From contig CAYNTW010000010.1 of NCBI GenBank assembly GCA_964400085.1, positions 14,342 through 78,341 of the forward strand: a stretch of 64,000 bases of DNA. Reading direction: 5' to 3'. Origin of the DNA: an uncultured Steroidobacteraceae bacterium. Its GTDB lineage: Bacteria; Pseudomonadota; Gammaproteobacteria; Steroidobacterales; Steroidobacteraceae. Positions within the stretch are counted from its first letter, which is position 1. The number at the start of each line of letters is the position of its first letter. Of the stretch, positions 43,577 through 52,820 are shown piece by piece. A program made the translations under genes and the position numbers. The notes beneath the pieces were generated by a model. It did not search any database and was not told the DNA's origin. It saw nothing but the letters and a program-made list of their open reading frames with translations.

Positions 43577-44521
43577 ATGCGAGACAAAGACAAGGTGCAG
43601 GTCGGCAATGTGGTCGCGATGATGTCATTTGCGGCCGTCGCGAACACAGGCAGCTTTTCAGCGGCTGCCGAGCAGCTGAACTGCTCGAAGGCTGCCGTAA
43701 GCCGTCAGATCGCCAGGCTCGAGGCCGCCATCGGATTGCAACTTCTCACCAGGACCACGCGCAGCGTCGCACTCACCCCGGCCGGTCGCGAGTTGTACGG
43801 CCGCTGCGCACGCATCGTGGATGAGGTGAACGAGACCAACCAGATCATGTCCGGCATGCTCACGACGCCGCGCGGTGATCTGAAAGTCAATGCGCCCGTG
43901 GTGTCGACGCTGTTTCGGATCACACAGATGATTCCGCGCTTCGCCAAGCAGTACAAGGACGTCCGCGTGCACGTGAACCTGTCTGACAACAAGGCGGATC
44001 TGCTGCACGGCGCGTTTGATGCGGCCTTCTGGGTGGGTGAGCCCTACGATTCGGCGCTCGAGGCGGTGAAGCTGCGGGATTATGAGATGGTGTTGGCGGC
44101 GGCGCCGGAATACCTGAAACGCCGCCGCAAGCCCGCAACTCCTGCCGACCTCAAGGAGCACGACTGCATCATCGAGACCCACCTGTCGCGGCCCGGCGAG
44201 TGGCGCCTGTCCAAGGATCAGACGATATCGGTCCCGCGCGGCCCCTTGACATCCAACAGTGTCAGGCTGACCCGGGAGGCCATTCTCGAGGGAATGGGGA
44301 TCGCGTTCCTGCCACGCTTCCTCGTCGCGGAGGACATTGCGGCAAAACGCCTGACCCTGGTCTTGACTGACTATGTTTCGGCGCGCCTGCCGCTGTACGT
44401 GATGTTTCCCAAAGGGCACTATGTGTTGGCGAAGGTGAAGGCCTTCGTGGACTTCCTCACCGCCGCCATCAACGACAAACCCATCCCCGAGGCTGGCAAT
44501 CTGCGCGTGGCGAGCCGCTAG
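43577..44521 (+). CDS. LysR-family transcriptional regulator
   Basis: HTH FAAVANTGSFSAAAEQLNCSKAAVSRQIARLEAAIGLQLLTRTTR. Full-length effector domain present. Confidence 0.9.
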   Translation: MRDKDKVQVGNVVAMMSFAAVANTGSFSAAAEQLNCSKAAVSRQIARLEAAIGLQLLTRTTRSVALTPAGRELYGRCARIVDEVNETNQIMSGMLTTPRGDLKVNAPVVSTLFRITQMIPRFAKQYKDVRVHVNLSDNKADLLHGAFDAAFWVGEPYDSALEAVKLRDYEMVLAAAPEYLKRRRKPATPADLKEHDCIIETHLSRPGEWRLSKDQTISVPRGPLTSNSVRLTREAILEGMGIAFLPRFLVAEDIAAKRLTLVLTDYVSARLPLYVMFPKGHYVLAKVKAFVDFLTAAINDKPIPEAGNLRVASR

Positions 44522-44538
44522 GGCGCTGCGACTCAGGC

Positions 44539-45021
44539 TTACTCAAACAGCGGCTGCAGCGAAACGTTGAGCGCCTGCCCCTGGTTTCTCCCCAGCTCCT
44601 CGATGGCCGCGCCGCCGGCAAATGGAACGCGCTGGCAGAAGACTTCGAGCTGGTGGCCGTCCGGATCGAAGAAATAGACTCCGGTCGAGACGCCGTGGTC
44701 CAGGACTTCGTGGATCTTCACATTCTTCTGGAGCATCCAGCCATACAGTCGGCGCAGACTGTCGATGTCGTTATCGCAATCGACCTGCAATCCGACGTGC
44801 TCGAACTCCTTGCCACGAGGTGAGTCGTCCGAGGCGGGGAAGAGTGCGATGTCATGATCGTGCTCCCCGAAGCTCAGGAAGACTCCGCCCTTATACGGGC
44901 CATCGGGAACCCGAGCGCTCACTTTCATTCCCAATACCTCGCCATACCATCGGGCGGAGGCTTCGGGGTCGCGGACGTAAAGGACTATATGCGCTACGCG
45001 CTTGACTCTAGGGATGCGCAT
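44539..45021 (-). CDS. VOC-superfamily protein, one-domain extradiol dioxygenase / glyoxalase-like
   Basis: 160 aa with HIVLYVRD...HDIALF...FEHVGLQV...YFFDPDGHQLEV, the paired beta-alpha-beta-beta-beta modules with His/His/Glu-type ligand positions. Confidence 0.7.
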   Translation of the reverse strand: MRIPRVKRVAHIVLYVRDPEASARWYGEVLGMKVSARVPDGPYKGGVFLSFGEHDHDIALFPASDDSPRGKEFEHVGLQVDCDNDIDSLRRLYGWMLQKNVKIHEVLDHGVSTGVYFFDPDGHQLEVFCQRVPFAGGAAIEELGRNQGQALNVSLQPLFE

Positions 45022-46045
45022 GACCTGGCTCCTCGATGTTGGCTGGAACGGCGGCGAGCCAGGTCACATCGGTGATCTCGGGGAACTCGCGCCACTCCTT
45101 GCGCCAACTGTAGCCGCCATCGTTGCTGCGGAACAGATCGCCATACTTGGTGCCCGCCAGCAGGAGGTTCGGGTCCGATGCATTGGCGCCGATGGCCCAG
45201 ATGGTGGAGTTCGGCTGAACAGGGAAGGGCGCATGGACCCAGGTGGCACCCCGGTCATTGGACCGCAGGAACATGGACGTCGAGCCCGGCGTGCCGTCAC
45301 CGATTCCCATGAAGAGCTCGTGCGCGCTGCCGGGCTTGGGGGTGAGTACTCGCGAGTAGTACATCCCGAACTTCTCGCGGACGTTGGTCTCGCTCCATGT
45401 TTCCCCGCCATCGGTGGAGCTATACAACGCATTCACCACCATGACAATGACCGTCTTGGGCGGCCCGCGCAGGATAGCGATGCTGTGCACGTCGGAGTTG
45501 CGGACACCCCCGGCGTGATTGGCATCTACACGCTTCCAACTATCCCCGCCGTCGCGTGTGCGGAAGAGGCCACCTTCTTCGACCCCTACCCAGACGTCCC
45601 GCACATCATCCGGGTCGATGGCGATGGTCAACATGCGCGGCCGGCTGACGCCTGCGCACTTGGGCGGCATTTCCAACGACGTCTTTTCCCACGACTTGCC
45701 GCCGTTGCGAGAACGAAAGAAGGCGGCGCGCGTCGGTGAGCCGGTTCCCGCATACATGATATCGGGGTGTTTCGGGTCGATCGCGAGCTTCCAGACCGCG
45801 TAGGAATTGAGCTCGCAGTCGATCCGGTGCCAGTTGGCTCCGCAATCAGCACTGCGGAACAAACCCGTTTCGGCTCCCGCAAACACCGCGCGGCGGTCGC
45901 GGGGATCCGGAAGCAGGCAGCGGACGCAGTCATCGAACTCCAGATCCTGGTCGACCTTGATCCGGCGCCAGGTGTTGCCGCCATCGTGACTGCGCAGGAC
46001 CGCCTGGCCGTCGGTGGCGACCAGTAACGTTTTCGGTTCACTCAT
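45008..46045 (-). CDS. cytoplasmic BNR/Asp-box repeat beta-propeller protein
   Basis: 345 aa with no signal peptide. Seven S/T-x-D-x-G-x-(T/S)-W boxes (SHDGGNTW, SADCGANW, SRNGGKSW, TRDGGDSW, STDGGETW, SNDRGATW, SNDGGYSW). Confidence 0.75.
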   Translation of the reverse strand: MSEPKTLLVATDGQAVLRSHDGGNTWRRIKVDQDLEFDDCVRCLLPDPRDRRAVFAGAETGLFRSADCGANWHRIDCELNSYAVWKLAIDPKHPDIMYAGTGSPTRAAFFRSRNGGKSWEKTSLEMPPKCAGVSRPRMLTIAIDPDDVRDVWVGVEEGGLFRTRDGGDSWKRVDANHAGGVRNSDVHSIAILRGPPKTVIVMVVNALYSSTDGGETWSETNVREKFGMYYSRVLTPKPGSAHELFMGIGDGTPGSTSMFLRSNDRGATWVHAPFPVQPNSTIWAIGANASDPNLLLAGTKYGDLFRSNDGGYSWRKEWREFPEITDVTWLAAVPANIEEPGHAHP

Positions 46046-46053
46046 ATCCGCCC

Positions 46054-47559
46054 TCAGGAAAGGTTGACCCAGACGCTCTTCGTTTCGCTATAAAGTTCCA
46101 TCGCCTGTCGACCATGCTCGCGGCCCCAACCCGACTGTTTGAATCCGCCGAACGGGGTGGCGGGATCGACCAGGTTGTAGCAGTTGACCCACACCGTCCC
46201 GGCCTTGAGCGCTGCGGCCGTGCGGTGCGCGTGTTTGAGGTTGCTGGTCCAGATGCCTGCGGACAGGCCGTACTCGCTATCGTTGGCCACCTCAACCAGG
46301 TCATCGATTTCCTTCCAAGGCAATGCCGTCAAGACCGGGCCAAAAATCTCCTCGCGCACGATCCGCATGTTTGAGGTGGCGTCCACGAACACCGTGGGCT
46401 CGAAGAAAAAACCGCGCTCCAGTCCGGGAGGGCGGCCGCCGCCGGTCAATGTGCGGGCTCCTTCCTGGCGCCCAATGCCGATGTAGCCATTCACCCGATC
46501 CCACTGCTCCTGGGAGACCAGGGGTCCGAGATCGGAGGTCGGTAGCAGTCCATCGCCGACCTTCAGCTTTTTGGCCGCGGCGACCACGGCCTCAACCACA
46601 CGATCGAAGCAGTCGGCGTGCGCATACAAACGCGAGCCCGCGGTGCAGGTCTGACCCTGGTTGAAGAAGATCCCACTGGCTACCGCGGCTGCAGCCGCAT
46701 CGAGGTCCGCATCGGGAAAGACGATGTGCGGCGACTTGCCGCCCAACTCCAGCGAGACTTTCTTCAGATTGCCGGCGGCGGCCTTCACGATCAGCTTGCC
46801 GACTTCGGTCGAGCCCGTGAAGGCGATCTTGTCCACTCCCGGGTGGGCCACCAATGCGGCGCCGGCATCGCCGAATCCTGTCACGACATTGAGCACGCCC
46901 GGCGGAAAGCCCGCTTCCAGGGCCAGCTCACCGAGACGCAGCGCGGTGAGCGGGGTCTGCTCGGCGGGCTTCAGGACCACCGCGCATCCCGCGGCCAGCG
47001 CGGGAGCGACCTTCCAAGCAGCCATGGAAAGAGGGTAGTTCCACGGGACGATGAGTCCGGCCACCCCAACAGGCTCGCGGGTGGTGTAGTTCAGGATCTG
47101 CGCGCCGCCGCGTGGGGACACTGGTAGGGTCTCGCCGCCAAACTTCGTGGGCCAGCCGGCAAAGTAGCGGAAGGTCTTGATCGAGCCCTCGACTTCCACC
47201 AGGCGCGTCAGATGCGCCGGTTTGCCGTTGTTGAGGCATTCGAGCACGGCCAACTGGTCCGCTTCCTTCTCGATCAGCTCGGCCAGCTTCAGCAGCAGAT
47301 TGGCGCGGTCGTTGCCGCTCATCTGCCGCCAGGCCGGGTCCTCGAACGCACGCCGCGCAGCAGCGACGGCAAGGTCAACGTCGTCCGAATCAGCACGGGC
47401 AACCCGGGCGAGTGTTTCGCCGGTCGCGGGGTTCACCACTTCAAACGTCCGTTCCGAACGAGCAGGCACGTGTTTGCCGTCGATCAGCAGGCGTTGGGAG
47501 CTCGCGGCGAGCGCGGCTTTGATGCGCGCGGCTCGCTCGATCGCAGGAATTGCGCTCAC
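46054..47559 (-). CDS. NAD(P)+-dependent aldehyde dehydrogenase
   Basis: 501 aa with FTGSTEVGK, ELGGKSP and catalytic Cys context FFNQGQTCTAGSR. GTG start. Confidence 0.9.
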   Translation of the reverse strand: MSAIPAIERAARIKAALAASSQRLLIDGKHVPARSERTFEVVNPATGETLARVARADSDDVDLAVAAARRAFEDPAWRQMSGNDRANLLLKLAELIEKEADQLAVLECLNNGKPAHLTRLVEVEGSIKTFRYFAGWPTKFGGETLPVSPRGGAQILNYTTREPVGVAGLIVPWNYPLSMAAWKVAPALAAGCAVVLKPAEQTPLTALRLGELALEAGFPPGVLNVVTGFGDAGAALVAHPGVDKIAFTGSTEVGKLIVKAAAGNLKKVSLELGGKSPHIVFPDADLDAAAAAVASGIFFNQGQTCTAGSRLYAHADCFDRVVEAVVAAAKKLKVGDGLLPTSDLGPLVSQEQWDRVNGYIGIGRQEGARTLTGGGRPPGLERGFFFEPTVFVDATSNMRIVREEIFGPVLTALPWKEIDDLVEVANDSEYGLSAGIWTSNLKHAHRTAAALKAGTVWVNCYNLVDPATPFGGFKQSGWGREHGRQAMELYSETKSVWVNLS

Positions 47560-47765
47560 GTTGTTACTCCAGCTGAAGGCACGGAAGGTGCGATCACTAT
47601 AGCCAAGGAACTAAAATCAAACAATAGCCAGAAAAACGCGTAACTGTTGCAAACTCGGGACAATTGGGGCATGCTTCAATGGCGTCTTCGCAGGCGCTGC
47701 CGTTCTTCAGGGGGCACGTGAATCATGAGATCGCCGAGATCGTGGTATTTCGCAGGTGCGAACGC

Positions 47766-48959
47766 ATGCCCGCCATGGAAGTAATGTCCGCGGCGGACCT
47801 GAAGGCACCGACCACTCCAGGTCTGGATACGCGCGGGCTCGTTGCTGCCGTGGTCCTGGGGACCCTGGGCGCCCTGACCATCATGGTCGTACCGGGCTTC
47901 GTGATGTTGGTGGGCGGCCAGGGGAGGCTGGACGATAGCCAGGTCGGCTACGTCGCATCCTGGGATATCAACGCGAGCGCGGCGGCCATTGGCGTGGCGA
48001 CATTCCTGATCGCACGATGGAGCTGGCGGCGCCTCGCCTTGCTCGGCTTGGCGCTCATCGTGGCGGGTAGCGTGTTGACCGCCGCAAACCATACTTATAT
48101 CGCCATTGTTGCTGCGCGGATCTGCGCGGGCTTGGGAGAGGGGCTGGCGATTGCTGTTGCGTTCGCCGCCCTCGGCAGTGCTGCCAATCCCGACCGGGCG
48201 TTTGGGATCTACCTGGTCTTCGGGCTCGCTGCCAGCGCCGCCATCCTCGCGGTGCTGCCCGCCCTGGAACAACGCTTCGGGTCGGCCCCCGTGTTTGAAG
48301 CCATGGCCGCCGTGACACTGTTCTCGAGTGTGCTGCTGCGCTGGCTGCCGCCGGGAGCGAATGCGCCCGCCGCGCAAGCCCAGGGCGGAATACCGTTTTC
48401 GAAGTATCTCGCGTGCGCGGGGTTGGTCGGAGTGTTTCTCTACTTCATCGCGCAAGGAGCGGTCTGGAGTTATTTCGAGCGTATTGGCGCAGCCAGCGGT
48501 GTTGATCCGGGCGTGATCGGTGGGGCCATGGGGGCCTCTTCATTCGCCGGTGTGGGCGGCGCTCTTGCCGCGGTTGTCCTGGTCAAGCCTTGCGGGCGGC
48601 GTTGGCCTTTGATCGTCAGCGGAATCATCTCGCTCACCAGTTTCTGGCTCCTGCGTGGCCACGTGACCGGGAGCGAGCTCATGACCGCGGGCCTGCTTTT
48701 CAATTTCGCCTGGAATCTGGCACAGCCGCTGCTATCGGGTGTCTGCTCGGACGCGGATTGTCGTGGACGCGTGGTGGTCGCCATGGGTTGTATCCAGACC
48801 GTCGGGTTTGGAATCGGGCCGGCGGTCACGGCAACCTTGCTCCGGGAGGGCGATTTCCGGCCGGCGCTCGCTGTCAGTGCGGGGGTGGTGATCGTGAGCC
48901 TCATTGTGGTGCTGGGCGGAATGCGTGCGCACGCTCGTGTCATGCCCGCTGTCGCATAG
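47766..48959 (+). CDS. MFS transporter
   Basis: ORF 47664..48959 trimmed to MPAMEVMSAADL. About 12 TM. Confidence 0.7.
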   Translation: MPAMEVMSAADLKAPTTPGLDTRGLVAAVVLGTLGALTIMVVPGFVMLVGGQGRLDDSQVGYVASWDINASAAAIGVATFLIARWSWRRLALLGLALIVAGSVLTAANHTYIAIVAARICAGLGEGLAIAVAFAALGSAANPDRAFGIYLVFGLAASAAILAVLPALEQRFGSAPVFEAMAAVTLFSSVLLRWLPPGANAPAAQAQGGIPFSKYLACAGLVGVFLYFIAQGAVWSYFERIGAASGVDPGVIGGAMGASSFAGVGGALAAVVLVKPCGRRWPLIVSGIISLTSFWLLRGHVTGSELMTAGLLFNFAWNLAQPLLSGVCSDADCRGRVVVAMGCIQTVGFGIGPAVTATLLREGDFRPALAVSAGVVIVSLIVVLGGMRAHARVMPAVA

Positions 48960-49011
48960 CCGGACGAGCCGCCGCAGCGCGCGCCTGACCTCAGCGAGAG
49001 ATGGGAGCCAA

Positions 49012-49809
49012 ATGATAGATTTTGGATTGAGCAACCGTGTTGTGATGATTACGGGCGGGAGCGCCGGCATCGGCCGGGCGGTCGCGAGAATGTTGGCCGC
49101 CGAGGGCGCACGCGTCGTGATAGCCGCACGGCGCGCTGAAGTTCTCGAGAGCGCAGCCGCGGCGATCGAGCGGGAGACAGGCAAGCGCGTGTTGGCCGTC
49201 AGCGCGGATACGACCCTGCAGGAGCAAGTCGATCGACTGGTCGAGCGCGTGATGGCCGAATACTCGCGCGTGGATGTGCTCGTCAACTGCGCCGCGAATC
49301 CGTCTGGCCTGGTCCGCAACGAGGTGCAATACCTGGATGACACCGCCCTTCTGCAGGATCTGAACACGAAGGTGGTTGGTTATGCCCGCTGTGCCAAGGC
49401 AGTGGCTCCCATCATGATCCAGCAGCGTTGGGGCCGGATCATCAACATCGGTGGGCTCACCGGCCGTGCTTCCAACGTGATCAGTGGGATGCGCAACGCC
49501 GCTGTGTGCCACCTCACCAAGACCTTGTCGGATCAGCTCGGCCCGTCCGGAATCACGGTCAATGCGCTTCATCCCGGTGTGATCCAGACCGAGCACATCG
49601 TGGAGCTGTTCGAGACCGAAGCCCGGAAGCGCGGCAAGACTGCCGCGGAAATCGAAGCGGAATATGCCAACGCCACGCCGATCCGGCGGATCATCCGGGC
49701 CGAAGAGGTCGGCTATGCGGTGGCGTTCCTGTCCTCGGACCTTGCCGCGGCCATCACAGGCGAGTCCCTGGCCGTGGATGGCGGGATCACACGGGGCATC
49801 TACCTATGA
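49012..49809 (+). CDS. SDR-fold protein lacking the canonical Ser-Tyr-Lys triad (paralogue A)
   Basis: ORF trimmed to MIDFGLSNRVVMITGGSAGIGRAVA (TGxxxGxG cofactor motif), with a VNCAA motif. The active-site region reads NIGGLTGRASNVISGMRNAAVCHLTKTLS, with no Tyr and no YxxxK. Confidence 0.8.
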   Translation: MIDFGLSNRVVMITGGSAGIGRAVARMLAAEGARVVIAARRAEVLESAAAAIERETGKRVLAVSADTTLQEQVDRLVERVMAEYSRVDVLVNCAANPSGLVRNEVQYLDDTALLQDLNTKVVGYARCAKAVAPIMIQQRWGRIINIGGLTGRASNVISGMRNAAVCHLTKTLSDQLGPSGITVNALHPGVIQTEHIVELFETEARKRGKTAAEIEAEYANATPIRRIIRAEEVGYAVAFLSSDLAAAITGESLAVDGGITRGIYL

Positions 49810-51017
49810 GCGCCCTCGGTCAACCGTCCCCGCTCGCGGCGACTGCCGAGCCCCTGCCGGAGCGGCTGATCGCGGAGGCCCGGGCGTTGGTTCCAACTCT
49901 CCGCGCCCGGGAGCGTGCGGCTATTGAGGCCGGCCAGGTCCCGAGCGAAAGCATCGAGGCGTTCACCCGGTCCGGCTTCTTCAAAGTCTTGCAACCGGCA
50001 CGCTATGGGGGGTTCGAGCTGCCGCCGCGCGTGTACTGTGAAATCGCACGGACCCTGGCTGAAGGCTGTATGAGCAGCGCCTGGGTGTACGCGGTCGTCG
50101 CCGTGCATAACTGGCAGATGGCGTTGTTTCCGGAGCAGGCGGCCCTGGACGTCTGGGGGCAGGATTCCAACATCCGCATCAGTTCCTCGTATATGCCCGT
50201 CGGGAAGGTCAAGGTCGTGCCTGGCGGTTATCGTTTGAGCGGGCGCTGGGCATTCTCGAGCGGGTCCGCGCACTGCAACTGGGTGATCCTCGGTGCAAAC
50301 GTCCCTCCCACGGGCGCGGAGGGCCAGCCGGAGCCACGTAACTTCCTGCTGCCGCGAACCGATTACCGGATTGTCGAAAATTGGGATGTCATGGGTCTTC
50401 GCGCCACGGGCAGCAACGATATCGTCGTCGAAGATGCGTTCGTGCCGGAACACCGGACATTGCGTGAGCTCGACATGTTCAATCTCGAGTGCCCCGGTCA
50501 TCAGCGCAACGAGGCAGCCCTCTACCGCATCCCGTTCGCCCAGATTTTCAATCGAACGGTATCAACGACGTCCTTGGGCGCACTGCAGCGGGCGCTCACG
50601 ACATTTGTGGACACGACGAGAGAGAAACGCGCCACCTACACCGGCGAGCGTCTTGCCCGGGACACCACCATTCAGTTCGTGGTCGCGCAGGTGGAGCGAA
50701 CGCTGGATGAGCAGATGTTGGTACTCGAGCGGGATACGCGCGAGCTCATGGATCACGCTGAGCGCAATACCTGGACTCTCGAGCGTCGGGCGGCCCTGGG
50801 TGCCTCGACCACGGGTACGGTGAGTCGGTGCGTCGAAGCCATCGACAAGCTGATGGAGTTCAGCGGCGCCAAGGCCCTCTATCGGGGCAACGTGATCCAA
50901 CAGGCGTTCCTGGACATACACTGCGCAAGGGCGCACGTGGCGAACAATCCATACCCCTACGGCCGTAATCTGGGCGCCGTCCGCTTCGGCCTCCCCAATG
51001 AGTCCCTGGATATCTGA
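49806..51017 (+). CDS. acyl-CoA-dehydrogenase-fold flavin-dependent monooxygenase, oxygenase component (HsaA / HPA-hydroxylase C2-like)
   Basis: ORF 49428..51017 trimmed to MSALGQPSPL. Sequence SIEAFTRSGFFKVLQPARYGGFEL...YRLSGRWAFSSGSAHCNWVILGA is typical of group-D two-component monooxygenases. ATGA overlap with the upstream SDR gene. Confidence 0.8.
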   Translation: MSALGQPSPLAATAEPLPERLIAEARALVPTLRARERAAIEAGQVPSESIEAFTRSGFFKVLQPARYGGFELPPRVYCEIARTLAEGCMSSAWVYAVVAVHNWQMALFPEQAALDVWGQDSNIRISSSYMPVGKVKVVPGGYRLSGRWAFSSGSAHCNWVILGANVPPTGAEGQPEPRNFLLPRTDYRIVENWDVMGLRATGSNDIVVEDAFVPEHRTLRELDMFNLECPGHQRNEAALYRIPFAQIFNRTVSTTSLGALQRALTTFVDTTREKRATYTGERLARDTTIQFVVAQVERTLDEQMLVLERDTRELMDHAERNTWTLERRAALGASTTGTVSRCVEAIDKLMEFSGAKALYRGNVIQQAFLDIHCARAHVANNPYPYGRNLGAVRFGLPNESLDI

Positions 51018-51993
51018 AGTGGCCGACTCCGCCATCGATCCGCGCGCCTTCCGCAATGCTCTTGGTCAGTTTGCTACGGGCGTCACCATCGTTACCGCAT
51101 GCGGTCCGAATGGCGAGCGTGTGGGTGCCACGGTCAGCTCGTTCAATTCCGTGTCGCTCGATCCGCCCATGGTGTTGTGGTCCTTGGACAAGCGCGCTTT
51201 CAGCCGGAGCATCTTCGAATCGAGCAGCCATTTCGCGGTGCACGTGCTGAAGCTCGAACAGAAAGAGCTGGCGCAGCGTTTTGCGACGCGAGGGGGCGAT
51301 AAGTTCGAGGGACTCCAGTGTGGCGGTGGACTCGGGAACACACCCCTTCTGGGCGAGTGCGCGGCCTGCTTCGAATGTGAGACGAGGCATCGGTACGATG
51401 GCGGTGATCACGTGATTTTCGTCGGCGAGGTGAAGCGCTTCGAGCATGCGGCGGTGGCGCCGCTGGTGTTTCATGGTGGCGCGTTTGCAGAGGCGCGCGT
51501 GCTGGGCGGCGGCCAGCCGATCGATGCCACCGTGGATGAATCCACGGGTCGATTTGGCCCGGATTTCGCGTGTTACCTGCTCGCGCGTGCGCACTTTCAG
51601 ACCTATCGTCCGCTGGCGGCCGAGCTCGCCCGTGTTGGGATCACCGAGACGGACTACTTCGTGCTTTCGATGTTGTGCATCCGGGACGGTCTGACGTACG
51701 CAAGTCTCCGCACCCTGCTGGAGCATACCGGCCATGCTCCGACGCGCGAGACCCTCGGCGCGATGGCAGCCCGGCACCTGGTCACCGTTGCCCCCGGTGA
51801 CAACGGGGCCATTCACATCACGGATTCGGGCCGACGTACCTACATCGTGGTGCTGTCGGCGGATGGGCGCATCGCCAACCAGGCCCTGACGGGGTTTAGC
51901 CCGCGAGAGATCGCGGAATTCGCCGGCTATTTGCGGCGAGTCATCCATAACACCAACACGGGTACGCCCGACGTGTGGACCTACCAGACATGA
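50998..51993 (+). CDS. flavin reductase domain fused to a C-terminal MarR-like winged-helix domain (C1-type reductase)
   Basis: 331 aa. The N-terminal half (FRNALGQFATGVTIVTA...SFNSVSLDPPMVLWSL...GGDHVIFVGEV) is a flavin reductase split barrel. The C-terminal roughly 140 aa (GITETDYFVLSMLCIRDGLTYASLRTLL...) look MarR-like. Confidence 0.75.
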   Translation: MSPWISEVADSAIDPRAFRNALGQFATGVTIVTACGPNGERVGATVSSFNSVSLDPPMVLWSLDKRAFSRSIFESSSHFAVHVLKLEQKELAQRFATRGGDKFEGLQCGGGLGNTPLLGECAACFECETRHRYDGGDHVIFVGEVKRFEHAAVAPLVFHGGAFAEARVLGGGQPIDATVDESTGRFGPDFACYLLARAHFQTYRPLAAELARVGITETDYFVLSMLCIRDGLTYASLRTLLEHTGHAPTRETLGAMAARHLVTVAPGDNGAIHITDSGRRTYIVVLSADGRIANQALTGFSPREIAEFAGYLRRVIHNTNTGTPDVWTYQT

Positions 51994-52820
51994 ACCCATT
52001 GGAAGTTCTCCACACCGTGAAGATCAGCAGAGCCGCCGAGCTCCTTCGCTGGTCATACAAGAATCAGACGCGCTTACAGAGTTTGCCCCCGGACCTGATC
52101 CCGCGGGACCTCAACGAGGCCTACGAGATCCAGTCGGCAGTTGCGCTGTCGCGACCGATGCCGAATGCGGGTTTCAAGCTGGGATTGACCAATGAAGAGG
52201 CGCAACGTGCCGCCGATACCTTCGCGCCCATCGTCGGGCGGCTAGGGTCGCTCGATATTCGCCGCAGCCAGGCGAAAATCGAGCTGCCGGAGAACCACTT
52301 GCGGATCGTGGAAGCCGAAGTGATCTTCGAGCTCGGCAACGACCTCCCTCCCGGGCACGCACCCTTTTCCGAACAGCGGGTGAGGGCGAGCGTGAGTCGC
52401 GCGTTCGCCGGTATCGAGCTCTGCAACACGCGCTTCGAAGAGAGCGTCGAGGCCTCGCTGGCCTATGTGGTGGCTGACAACAGCAACGCTGACCTGATCG
52501 TGGTGGGAGACGCGCTGGCCGAAGCCGACCTCGGCTCGCTGTCCGACCTTGCCGTCACACTACGATGTCGTGGAAAGCCCGACATCCAGGGATCAACGCA
52601 GAAGGTGTTGGGCAATCCGGTGCGGGCCGTCACCTGGCTGGCCAACTGGCTGGCCCGGCGCGGTGAAGGCCTGAAGCGTGGCCAGTTGGTCTCCAGTGGC
52701 AGTTGTACCGGTATGACTCGAGTGGCGGTTGACGACCTGGTCGTTGCAACCTTCGGCTCAGGAGCACAGGTCTGCGTGGAGCTCGCGCCGGAAAGCCGAA
52801 AAAACGAGGTGAGAGAATGA
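51990..52820 (+). CDS. 2-oxopent-4-enoate / 2-oxohept-3-enedioate hydratase-like (MhpD/HpaH, FAH family)
   Basis: ORF trimmed to MNPLEVLHTV. About 276 aa of hydratase/decarboxylase-family appearance (AYEIQSAV...FKLGLTN...SGSCTG). ATGA overlaps on both sides. Confidence 0.7.
   Translation: MNPLEVLHTVKISRAAELLRWSYKNQTRLQSLPPDLIPRDLNEAYEIQSAVALSRPMPNAGFKLGLTNEEAQRAADTFAPIVGRLGSLDIRRSQAKIELPENHLRIVEAEVIFELGNDLPPGHAPFSEQRVRASVSRAFAGIELCNTRFEESVEASLAYVVADNSNADLIVVGDALAEADLGSLSDLAVTLRCRGKPDIQGSTQKVLGNPVRAVTWLANWLARRGEGLKRGQLVSSGSCTGMTRVAVDDLVVATFGSGAQVCVELAPESRKNEVRE

Noticed and set aside
47599-47630. Direct repeat ATAGCCA ... ATAGCCA (25 nt apart) in the ALDH/MFS divergent region, and the CCGCTAGCGG palindrome at 59827..59836
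   Set aside because: These short motifs could easily occur by chance, and no cognate regulator or second occurrence supports them.
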